Shown: piece after piece, positions 21,471-31,654 of the stretch
How the letters are laid out: every line of letters begins with the position of its first letter
Position numbering within the stretch: position 1 is the stretch's first letter
Origin: Candidatus Saccharimonadota bacterium
GTDB taxonomy: Bacteria; Bacillota_I; Bacilli_A; Mycoplasmatales; Hepatoplasmataceae
Reading direction: 5' to 3'
DNA: 32,000 nucleotides
NCBI GenBank assembly: GCA_027925225.1
Contig: AP027131.1
Span: forward strand, 630,109 to 662,108
Notes under the pieces: generated by a model
Databases searched by the model: none
Seen by the model: the letters and a program-made list of their open reading frames with translations, nothing else
Told to the model about the DNA's origin: nothing
Translations under genes and position numbers: made by a program

Positions 21471-23502
21471 ATTTTTGTTTTAATTGATTTATATCTATTA
21501 TCTCTATTATCTTATCTTTACTAATTTTATTTAATTTATTATTTGATGGATTTTCTCCTACAATTAAATAATCTAAATCTTTAGTTACTGTGTTTACGGG
21601 TATTGCGCCATAAGAAATAAAAAGATTTTTAATTTCAATTCTTGTAGCTCCTTGGATAGTCCCAGTAATTAAAATTTTTTTATTATAAAAAAAATTATTT
21701 CTATTTAATATACTTTCTTTATATATAAAATTTATTCCTTTTTCTTTTAATTCTTTAATTATTTCTATATTTTCTTTATTTTCAAAAAATTTAATAATTG
21801 ATCCTGATTTTACTTCTCCAAAATCATCATCTTTTAATAATTCATCATATTTTAGATTTCTTATTATTTCTAAATCTTTATATTTTCTAGCTAAATCAAA
21901 TGAAGTTTTCTCACCTATATGTCTTATACCCAAAGAAAAAAGAACATTATTTAAATTTTGATTTTTTGAATTTTCAATTGAAGAAAGTAAATTATTAACA
22001 GATTTTTCTTTATAACCATCCATATTTAATAATTCTTCTTTATGATTTTCTAAATTATAAATATCTGTGATTTTTTTAATTCAACCTAAATCTCTAAACT
22101 TCTCAATTTGTTTTATTGAAAGTCCTTCTATATTCATTGCTTTTTTTGAAACAAAATGAATAAATATTTCTAAAATTCTATCAGGACAATTAATATTAAT
22201 ACAATATTGATCTACTTCACCCTCAAAAATTTTAAGTTCTGAATTACAACTTGGACAATTTTTTGCTTCTTTTCATTCTTCTTTATTAACTTTAAATTTT
22301 TCTAAAGATAAACCAATAACCTTTGGAATGATATCTCCTGCTTTTTTTACAAGTACATAATCTCCTTCATTTATATTTAATCCTTTTATATAATTTGCAT
22401 TATGTAATGTTGCTTTTTGAACATTTGAACCTAATAATGTAATTTTTTCTAATTGTGCATTATAAGTAACTCTTCCTGTTCTGCCAATAGTAGGAAAAAT
22501 TTTTAATAATTTTGTTTCTTTTATTTCTGTTGGAAATTTATATGCTATAGCTCATTTAGGAAATTTTGAAGTAACTCCTAATTTTTCATAATTAAATATT
22601 TCATTTAATTTAATTACAATTCCATCTATTTCATAATTTAAATCATCTCTTAAATTTGAAATTTCTTTTATGCTTTTCATTACTTCATTAACATTATTTG
22701 CTATTCTAAAATGAGAATTAATTGTAAAACCTAATTTTTTCAATAAATTCATATTTTTTTCTTGTGTTTCTTTGCCCTTTGTTTTATCTTTAAAAAGCAA
22801 AAAGAAAAAAAATGCATCTAGCTTCCTTTCTCTTACAATATAAGAATTTAATTGTCTTAAAGTTCCAGCTGCTGCATTTCTTGGATTTGCAAATAATTCT
22901 AATGGCTTTCTTCCTTTTTTTTCATATTCTTTATTTTTTAAAATTCTTTTTTTATTAATTTCTTCAAATGATTCTAGTGAAATATAGACTTCCCCTCTTA
23001 CTTCTATTTCGTCTTTTAAAAAAATTTCTTTTGGAATGGATTTAATTTCATAAATATTTTGAGTTACATTTTCTCCTATTTTCCCGTCTCCTCTTGTAAG
23101 TGCTCTTACAAGTTTTCCATTTTTATAAGAAATAGAGATTGATAGTCCATCTATTTTAGGTTCAATATAATAAGAAAAATCTTTTATATTTTCTTTTTTA
23201 ATTTGTTCATCAAAATGAAATATATCTCCTTCATTAAATGCATTTTTAAGAGAAAGCATAGGTTCAATATTGTGTTCTTCTTTTTTAAAGGAAGTTTTTT
23301 TTAAAAAAATCCCTACTTTTTGTGTTGGAGAATTTATAGTAATTAAATTAGGATATTTTTTTTCTAAATCAATAAGCTCATTCATTGCTTTATCATAAAT
23401 AGCATCATCTATACTTGGATTATCGTCTAGATAATATTCTTCATTTCATTTATCTATTTTTTTTCTTAATTTTTCTATTTTTTCTTCTATATTTTTTGTC
23501 AT
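21463..23502 (-). CDS. ligA: NAD-dependent DNA ligase LigA, 679 aa
   Basis: Adenylation motif KIDGLSISI is present. The four-Cys zinc finger (CPSCNS...CININCP) is recovered in the gap between fragments. There is a C-terminal BRCT-like region. The single frame was checked. Confidence 0.9.
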
Positions 23503-23512
23503 ATTAATAAAA

Positions 23513-25009
23513 TTATACCCTTGATTTTTTATTTAAATTTTTAACAAAATTTAAAGTAAAGAAAATAATAAATAAGAAAAATAATAAATAATAAATATCA
23601 TAATTTAAAGATAAATCAAAAATTATTGAAAAAGTAACAATTGTAAAAGGATTAAAAAATAAAATAAATATTATTGAAAAAAAGTAACTAAATGAATTTT
23701 CTTTATCTTTAAATTTTTTATAAAAAATTAAATAAAAGAAAAAATAAAATGTTGTAAGAACTATAAAAGTAAAAAATAAAATTGAAATTGTTAAATTAAG
23801 TGAATAGCTTGCATTTGAAAATGTATCAAAATATAATAAATTTCCCATTTTATCAAAATAACCATTTGCATCTGAAAAAATAAAAAATAAATTTAAAGCA
23901 AAAATAAAAATTAAAAAAGCAAAAATAAAATTCTTTTGATTTTTTTTAAGATTTTCTTCAAAATTTAAAAGCTCTGTGCTTCTTTCTCATTTAAAGAGGG
24001 AGGCAACTGGATAATAAAATATTAATAATCCAATTATAAAAAATAACAATCCATAAAATATTGAAATATTATAAATATAAAGAAAAAACTGAATAAATAT
24101 TAAAACTAAAGAAAGAGAAAAAACTGAATAAATATTTTCTTCTTTATAGAGTAAATAAAAAATTAATGAAAAAGAAAAAGATATAAAATAAAAGATTCCT
24201 CAATTTGTTGATGAAAAACTTAAAAATATTGAAAATAATATTATTTGATTGAAAATATTGTTTTTTGATTTATAGTTTTCCTTTTCATATAAAAGGAAAA
24301 TAGCAAAAATAAATAAATAAATTACAAAATAATATTCACTCAAGGTTGAAAATACATTTATTAAAAATGTAAAAAGTAATGAAATAGATAAAATTAAAAT
24401 CTCAGAAAAAAGGTAATTTTTGTTATTTTGCCCTATAACTCCTTTAGTTAAAAAGTAAATTAAATAAGAAAATAAAAAAACTAAAAAATAATTTAAAAAA
24501 ATTGAATTTGATACTTCATAAATTTGTATTTGTAAAGAAATATCATTGTAATAATATTGATAAAAAGGATATGAAACATCTAGCGATTGTGATGGATTAA
24601 AAAATTCTAAATTTTTTTCTGAAAAATAAAAAGTAACAAAAATTATTATTATTGATAAAAATGTAATTATTGTTTTCTTGAAAAAGAAAAAATTATATTT
24701 TTGATTAAAATTTATTCAATTCTTAAATGAAAAAATTAAGAAAAATAATATAAAAAAGTCCTTTATTTTTTCAAAAATAATCATTACATCTTGAGATATA
24801 TTAAAAAGCATGAAAAAAGAATAAAAGAAAAAATTAAGACCAAATAATAATAAAAATCCTATATTTATCTTTAGAAAAAAATTATACTTTTCAAAATGGT
24901 AATAATTACCTATTAAAGTACCAATTGCATAACTTAATATAAACAAATACAATAAATATAATGACAATATTGCTATATCATTTGGAATAAATAATGTTGT
25001 TAAAAACAT
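23513..25009 (-). CDS. Hypothetical polytopic membrane protein, 498 aa, extremely Phe/Ile/Leu/Tyr-rich
   Basis: Fragments 24716..25009 and 23513..23848 are in the same frame. All 289 codons between them were checked: two are TGA and none is TAA or TAG, which is remarkable in DNA this AT-rich. The stop lies 10 nt upstream of the ligA start. Confidence 0.65.
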
Positions 25010-25117
25010 AGTTGTATAAATTATATTATTTTGTTTGTAATAAATTTTTTAAATAATCTTTATAATTAAATAACAAAAATTATTAATTTATTATTTATAA
25101 TTTTTGTGGAGGTTTTT

Positions 25118-25741
25118 GTGGGATACAAAAAAATTAACTTGCCTTACAATTACAATTTTTTAGAACCTTATATCGATGAACAAACAATGAAGTTTCATTA
25201 TGATGTACATCATAGAGGTTATGAAGAAAAATTAAATAATGCATTAAAAACACACAATCAAGAGAATTTAGAGAAAAAATATCCAACAATAAATGATCTT
25301 ATGAAGAATTATCAATCAATTGAAAATAAAGAACTTAAGATTGCAATAAGAGAATTTGGCGGAGGATTAATTAATCATAATTTTCTTTGAACAGAATTAA
25401 CAAAAAATCCAAAACAACTTACTGAAGATGGAAATTTAAAAAAAGCTATTATAAGTAAATGAGGAAGTTTTGAAAATTTTAAAAGCGAATTTGAAAAAGA
25501 ATCACTTTCTCTTTTTGGTTCAGGTTGAGTTTGATTAGTAAAAAGAGGAGGAAAGGGAATTAAAATTATCAAAACTTTTAATCAAGATAATCCATGATTC
25601 CTGAATTTTACTCCGATTATTGGAGTGGATCTTTGAGAGCATTCCTATTACTTAAAGCATAATGCAAATCGAAAAGAATATTTAAGTGATTTTTGAAGTG
25701 TTATAGATTGAGAAAAGGCAGAAGAAAGATTTAATTCATAA
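25118..25741 (+). CDS. sodA: Fe/Mn superoxide dismutase, 207 aa
   Basis: Contains FHYDVHHRGY and DLWEHSYYL, the metal-ligand motifs. The invariant Trp is encoded by TGA at 25634..25636. The preferred start is GTG 25118, 5 nt after the SD GGAGG (25108..25112). The ORF-track start GTG 25106 would bury that SD. Confidence 0.85.
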
Positions 25742-25765
25742 ATTAGAAAATATAGAAATCTAAAA

Positions 25766-25781
25766 AGAGTCGGTTGACTCT
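25766..25781. terminator. Bidirectional hairpin terminator between convergent sodA and the EIIA-like gene
   Basis: Stem AGAGTC / GACTCT with loop GGTT, flanked by AAAAA upstream and TTTTTT downstream. Confidence 0.65.
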
Positions 25782-25790
25782 TTTTTTAAA

Positions 25791-26270
25791 TTAAATAATA
25801 TTAAAAATCTTTTCCAAATTTTTAATATCTCTACTTTTAACTATTTTTGATTCAAGAAATTCATTTTCTTTATCTTTTTGTTCATAAAAAAAGATATCGC
25901 TTACTCTATTTAAAGGATCTAATCTAGAAAAATCTACTTCTAATATTTTTTGAGATTTTTTAATTTTTTTTCCTTTTTTAACAAATAATTTAAAAGCTTT
26001 ATCGCTTTTTTCTAAAGTATTTAATTTAATATAAAGATGGTATTTTTTATTATCTTTTGTATTAATAATAAAAAAATTTTTATTCTTTGAAATAAATTTT
26101 ATTTTACCTTCTATAGGGGAAGTAATCGTTTGTTTAGGGTCTTTATTAGGAATAACTGTAAGACCTTCACTTATTGATTTAACGATGTTAAAACCATTAA
26201 AAAATTTATTTTTTCTTATTTCTGTGTCAAAATGTTCTGAATAAAGTTTTATTGTTTTTTTACTAGACAT
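25791..26270 (-). CDS. Divergent PTS EIIA(Glc)-fold domain protein, 159 aa
   Basis: By eye it aligns to E. coli Crr. GLTVIP matches GIAIKP, ITSPIEGKI matches MVAPVDGTI, YHLYIKLNTLE matches VHFGIDTVE, and AFKLFVKKGKKIKKSQKILEVDF matches GFKRIAEEGQRVKVGDTVIEFDL. The His90 equivalent is kept and the His75 equivalent is replaced. Confidence 0.45.
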   Translation of the reverse strand: MSSKKTIKLYSEHFDTEIRKNKFFNGFNIVKSISEGLTVIPNKDPKQTITSPIEGKIKFISKNKNFFIINTKDNKKYHLYIKLNTLEKSDKAFKLFVKKGKKIKKSQKILEVDFSRLDPLNRVSDIFFYEQKDKENEFLESKIVKSRDIKNLEKIFNII

Positions 26271-27098
26271 AAATTTTTAAATACCTATCTTTCTTTGATA
26301 AGTCCTTAAAAAAATCAACTTTTTTAAAGTTATAATTCTTTAATAAGTTTCCTAATTTTTCTTTTTGATTGTAACCTATTTCTAAAAAAATATAAATTTC
26401 ATCTTTTTTAATTTTTTTTGCTAGTTCAAAAATTTCTTTAAAAATTAATAATTCTTCTTTAGGCGAATAAAGCGCTTTTTTAGGTTGATTTCTTTTAACT
26501 CAACTTGAAATCTCTTTATCGTTTTTAACAAGATAAGGAGGATTTGAGATAATAATATCATATTCTTTGGAAAAAAAATATTTATTAAAATCAGCATAAA
26601 TAAAATTAATTTTACCTTTTAATTTGGGTAATTTAATATAATAATTTTCCTTTGATAATTTAATTGCTTTCTTATTAATATCTAAAGAATCAATTTCAAA
26701 ATTTTTATATTTTGCAAGAATAATCGGAATAACACCACTCCCAGAACCTATTTCTAGTACATTACATTTTTTATCAAATTGTTTTAATACTAAATCAATT
26801 AGTCCTTCAGTATCTGGTTGTGGCACAAAAACTTTTTTTTTACAATAAATTTCTCATCATAAAATCATTTAAATCCATAAAGAAAGGTTGCATCTTTGTT
26901 GTTGGTTTCATAATTTATTATTTTGTTTATTATTTTTAATTCTTTTTTTGTTAATTCAAAATAAACAAAATTTTTATAATATTCATTATTTGAAATAGAA
27001 AAATATTTTATAAAAACTTTTTCAAACATTTTTTTATAAAATTCATCTTTGTTTTTTAAATAAGATAATAATTCTACTTTTTTATTAAATTTCATCAT
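26263..27098 (-). pseudogene. prmC: Release-factor glutamine methyltransferase PrmC (HemK), interrupted by a frameshift inside an A9 tract
   Basis: The N-terminal part, in the frame of 26865..27098, reads ...LYGFKWFYDEKFIVKKK. The C-terminal part, in the frame of 26500..26826, reads KKKVFVPQPDTE...EIGSGSG...NPPY and ends at TAG 26263..26265. The two frames meet in the T9 run at 26833..26841 (A9 in the gene sense). The total span is 836 nt, which is not a multiple of 3. Confidence 0.7.
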
Positions 27099-28149
27099 TA
27101 TAGTTTTTGCTTAATGCATCTATAAATTCATCTAAATTTCCATTTAAAACTTGATCTAGTTTTTTTAGTTTTAAATTTATTCTATGGTCAGTAACTCTAT
27201 TTTCAGGATAATTATAGGTTCTTATTTTTTCTGATCTTTCACTTGAACTTAAAATTTTTCTTTTAGTTTCAGTCTCTTTTTCTCTTTCTTCTTCTAATTG
27301 GAGATTATTTATTTTTGAAATTAATGTTTTCATTGCTTTATCTTTATTATCGTGTTGACTTCTTCCATCTTGAGAAGAAACACTAAGTCCAGTAGGAATA
27401 TGAGTTATTCTAACAGCTGAATCTGTTTTATTTACATGTTGACCACCAGCGCCAGAAGAACGATAAGTATCTATTCTTAAATCATTAGGATTTATTTCAA
27501 TATTTAATTCGTCATTTTCTGGAATAACATAAACGCTAACAGTTGAGGTTTGAAGCTTATCTTGTGATTCTGTTTTTGGAACACGTTGAACTCTGTGAGT
27601 GCCTGATTCATATTTAAACTTACCATATGCATCTCTTCCTATTGCAAAAAAAGTAATTGAAGAATAACCACCTTGTTCTGAAACGTTACTATCAATTACT
27701 TCTAATTCATAATTTTGTTTTAATGCATATTTTTTATACATTTCAAAAATATTTGCAGCAAATAAATTTGCTTCTTCTCCGCCTACTCTTCCTTTGATTT
27801 CAATAATTGCATTTTTTTCATCATTTGGATCTTTTTCTACAAGAAGATCTAAAATGTTTTGATAAATTTCTTCTTCTTTTTCAAAATTTTCTTTCAATAG
27901 ATTTCTATAGGAATCTATTGAATCTTTATTTGTTTCACTTTTTATTATTGAATGTAAATCGTTGATATCTTTTGTAAGTGATTTATATTTGTTATATTCT
28001 TCATAAATTGGTTTATATTTTTTAAAAAGACTATTTAATAATTTAAGTTTTTCTATATTAGAAAAAATATTTGGATCATTTATTTTTCTTTCAATTTCCA
28101 AATATTCATTCTCAATTTGAATTAATTTATCAAGTATTTGTTTTTCCAT
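27085..28149 (-). CDS. prfA: Peptide chain release factor 1, 354 aa
   Basis: Contains the GGQ motif (SGAGGQHVNKTDSAVRITHIPTG) and an RF1-type PxT tripeptide context (RVQRVPKTESQ). Intact ORF. Confidence 0.9.
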   Translation of the reverse strand: MEKQILDKLIQIENEYLEIERKINDPNIFSNIEKLKLLNSLFKKYKPIYEEYNKYKSLTKDINDLHSIIKSETNKDSIDSYRNLLKENFEKEEEIYQNILDLLVEKDPNDEKNAIIEIKGRVGGEEANLFAANIFEMYKKYALKQNYELEVIDSNVSEQGGYSSITFFAIGRDAYGKFKYESGTHRVQRVPKTESQDKLQTSTVSVYVIPENDELNIEINPNDLRIDTYRSSGAGGQHVNKTDSAVRITHIPTGLSVSSQDGRSQHDNKDKAMKTLISKINNLQLEEEREKETETKRKILSSSERSEKIRTYNYPENRVTDHRINLKLKKLDQVLNGNLDEFIDALSKNYNDEI

Positions 28150-28158
28150 TAAGTATTA

Positions 28159-28368
28159 TTACTTTCTTGATTTTTCAATTCTTTTATTAAATCTATCTAT
28201 TCTACCAGTTTTTGAAGTATTTGACATTTTACCATTGTAAAAAGGATGACAATTATAACAAACATCAACTTTAATTTCTTTTGAAAGTGAGTGAGTTGTA
28301 AAAGAGTTACCACAACTTATACATGTAACTTTTGATTCTATATATTTTGGATGTTTTTCTTTTTGCAT
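28159..28368 (-). CDS. rpmE: 50S ribosomal protein L31, 69 aa
   Basis: Reads MQKEKHPKY... with CxxC...CxxC (CISCG, CYNCHPFY). ATG 28368 is preceded by the SD GGGAGGA. The ORF-track start four codons upstream lies inside the SD. Confidence 0.85.
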   Translation of the reverse strand: MQKEKHPKYIESKVTCISCGNSFTTHSLSKEIKVDVCYNCHPFYNGKMSNTSKTGRIDRFNKRIEKSRK

Positions 28369-28457
28369 AAATCCTCCCACAGTAAAATAAGTAAAAAACT
28401 TATCCTTATAATATATTATATATTTTTTAAATGAATTTAAATACAGAAAAAATGAAA

Positions 28458-28757
28458 TTAATCCATTAGATTTTCTATTTTATCTAATTCTTCATCTAAA
28501 ATTTCGGTGCTTATCTTTCTAACTTGATCTAATGAATATTTTTTTCTTAAATCTCATTTTTTTTGCTTATTTTTACTTATTAAAATTATATTTTCATCTT
28601 TACTCATAGAAAGAAGCAAATCTGCTTTTAAAACATTTTTATCCATTTCTTCAGAAAAATCACTTAAATAATTTTTTTCAAAAACTTTTCAAACTTCTTT
28701 AAAAGTCATTTGTCCTTTTTCATTTAATAACTCAATTACTTTTTCAACATTTATCAT
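28458..28757 (-). CDS. rpoE: RNA polymerase delta subunit-like protein (HARE-HTH N-terminal domain), 99 aa
   Basis: Not in the ORF track because it contains two TGA codons. ATG 28757 to TAA 28458..28460. The pattern MTFKEVW...ADLLLSMSKDENIILISKNKQKKWDLRKKY resembles the RpoE N-domain. It has a short acidic tail. Confidence 0.5.
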
Positions 28758-28781
28758 CTTAATTACCTTAGACAAAGATTA

Positions 28782-31322
28782 TTATACCTTACCTTGTGCT
28801 ATTTTCTTTGCCTTTCTTTCTTTTAGCCAATGTCTTGTAAGTTCATTTGTAATTGTAAATAATGCTGAAAATATCCAATAAATCGCAAGTAAAACAGAAA
28901 CAGTAAGTCCAATAAATACAAATACTCCAACTAAAATGTTTTGTGTTCTTCTTTGTTTTTTAAGAGCTTTTTTTGTTGCTTCATCAACTTGTTTTACTCC
29001 TCTTCTTTTATTTGCAAGCCAACCTGGAAGTTTTGAAGAAATACCTTGAGCAAAACCAACGGTAATCCCTACTAAAAGATAAACAATAAATAAAGAACTT
29101 ATATTAAACATTCCATAAAAAGAAGACACAGAAAAAGAGAATGCACCAACTGAAGCAATTTTATAAATAGGAATTGCAGAAATAATAATAAATAAGGAAA
29201 GAAAAATTGGAAGTGTAATAAAAACCGTGCCAAGGGAGGCAAAAGGATTTATTTCATATTTCTTATAAATACCCATTTTTTCTTGTTGCTTTTTAGCTTT
29301 CATTTGTTTATTTTTTTTATCATAAACAGCATATTTAGCATCAACTTCAGCTAAAATAGGCTGAATTTCTTGCATTTTTTGTTGATTTTTACTAGAACCA
29401 ACAGAAAGCAATAGTCCTATACCTCTTAGCATAAAAGTAATAATAAATATTCCTAATATTACTCCTCAAGCTCCAAAAGTACTATAAGGAAATCATGTAC
29501 TAACTCATATTGATAATTGAGAAAGAGGAAAAACAAATAATCCATACATTGGACCATAATCTGGATCCCAAGCATCTCCTCAATCATTTCAAGAAGAGAA
29601 TATATCTCTATCACTGTTGTTTCCGTCTTGCCCAGACTTATCTATTGCATCATATACAGTTGAATCATAAGTTAAATATTGATAGGTTCCTCCATCAATA
29701 GAAGTCTCACCAATAGAAGAAATTCCAATAAAATTTTCTTGTGTGTCAACTCCAATAGAATTACCATTTTCTATTCCCGCAGAAGCATTTACTGTTCCAT
29801 TTACATAATAACCTGAATTAGTTCCTGTTTCATCTATTGAAGTTCTATATTTTTGCATATTTGCATTAAAATCTTCTTGTGTATCTCCATAAAGATAATT
29901 AGTGTTGCTATTTGAATAATTATTAATTTCTATAAAATCTCCATCTTCTTCAAGCATTGCTCAACCAGCATTATTTGTTCTCTCTTGAGTTCCTGCTTCA
30001 GTATTTTCATATCAATTAGGATCACGCATTCCAGTTGAACTTTCTTCACCTGATACACTATAATTATCAAAAGTATTTATCGCACTATCAGAAGGATAAA
30101 GTGGATGAGCTCTATTTTGAGAAACAATAGAATAACCAAGACCAGAATAAAGTTCATATGTTAAGCTAGAATCTGATTTATATAAATCAATATCTTGAAT
30201 TATAGGAAATGAAGCTGTATAAACTTCATTAATTACAGTTCCTTGAAAAAGAACTGTAGTTATCAAATCATGAATTGAAATATTTTCTTGAGTTCCATTT
30301 ATATCCATTGAAATAATGTCGCTTGAGCTAAATTCTTTTCCTGAGATAAAAGAAGCAGCATTAGTATAAAAAACCATTTGTTCATAAGCAACTTCATTTT
30401 TTCTATTTGTATCATAAATATCAGGATTATCTCAATCTTCTTGTTCTATAAAAGTATCAGTTTCTCCATCAATTATTTCTCAATTAGCTGGATCTTCTCA
30501 TCAATCGGTTCCTAAATTTTCTAAATTAACTAATGAATCATTAGGAACAATAAATTTTTCATAAAAAGGAACTGAAGTTATATTTCCATCTTCATCTTCT
30601 TTTATAAGTCCATTATTAAGGGCTTCATCTTGACCATATATTTTTATATAAAAATCTACAAAATTTTTTGATCCATCTCCATTTATATCGGCATTATCAA
30701 GATCATAAAAATATTGTGGTAAAGTGTAATAAGGAAGAACTCATGGAACACCATCTGTAGTTTCTGTCTGTAATGATTTACCATCATTATAAAAAGATCA
30801 ATCATAAAGATATAAATAAGCTTGAGCAGTTGACTCATCCACTGTATAAGAAAGCGGTTGTGTTGAATGCTCTCCTGTAGATGTTGTTACATCAGAAGAT
30901 CTTATAAAAAGGTCATCATAATTTACATTTTCAACTTTATCTTCAGAAGTTATTTCTGGATTAAAATTAGGATTTATTGTATAAAATTCAAAAGGTATTT
31001 TTTCTTTTACTTCTTCTTGCGTTTCAGAATCTACACCTGTTGAATACATTTCATAAACATGTGAAGATTCTTCACCCATATAAATATTAGGAATTACTGA
31101 ATCATAACTTGAATAAAATTCAATACCTTGAGATACCGCTCCTGAAGTGGTGTGTCTAAATTCATTAACACAGCCTCAAAGTGAAGTCATTATTAAGAAT
31201 GTATAAAGTGCTCATTTTAGATATTTTAAAAATTTCTTAAAAACACTTTTCCAAGAAAATGATTCTCCATCTAAAAATGATTTTTTTGCTTCTCTATAAA
31301 ATGTATGATCTTGTTTTGCCAT
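28782..31322 (-). CDS. yidC: Membrane protein insertase YidC with a ~540-aa acidic extracytoplasmic insertion, 846 aa
   Basis: Four ORF-track fragments (30798, 30012, 29589 and 28782 series) plus the gaps form one frame from ATG 31322. All gaps were checked. The C-terminal ~270 aa is a typical YidC core (KNQQKMQEIQPILAEVDAKY, YKKYEINPFASLG). The N-terminus has a hydrophobic segment ending in the lipobox-like LWGC. Confidence 0.8.
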
Positions 31323-31330
31323 TTCAAAAT

Positions 31331-31654
31331 CTAAACTTTAGATATTTTTTTTAAGACTGTTTTAATTATTTTGCTCTTTTCTTCAAATGTTTTATCTATA
31401 AAATTTTTATTTACTATAATTACAAATTGTTTTTTTATTTTTTCAAATTTATAAGTATCTATTATGTTTTTTATTTGTCTTTTATTTTTATTTCTTAAAA
31501 CTGCATTTCCTAATTTCTTCGGAACTGAAATACCAACTTGAAATGACTCTGATGATAATCAATAAACTGATAGTTCTTTAAAATATATTTTCTTTCCTGT
31601 TTTAATTACTAATTCAAATAATTCTTCTTTTTTAAGAAGAAAATCTTTTTTCAT
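31331..31654 (-). CDS. rnpA: Ribonuclease P protein component, 107 aa
   Basis: Contains an RNR-type basic motif (NAVLRNKNKRQIKN). The ATG immediately follows the rpmH stop (TAAATG). The stop is TAG at 31331..31333. Position is the canonical rpmH-rnpA-yidC order. Confidence 0.8.

Noticed and set aside
25375-25572. Minus-strand ORF (65 aa) inside sodA
   Set aside because: It is antisense to the SOD frame.
29510-29701. Plus-strand ORF (63 aa) inside yidC
   Set aside because: It is antisense to the continuous yidC frame.
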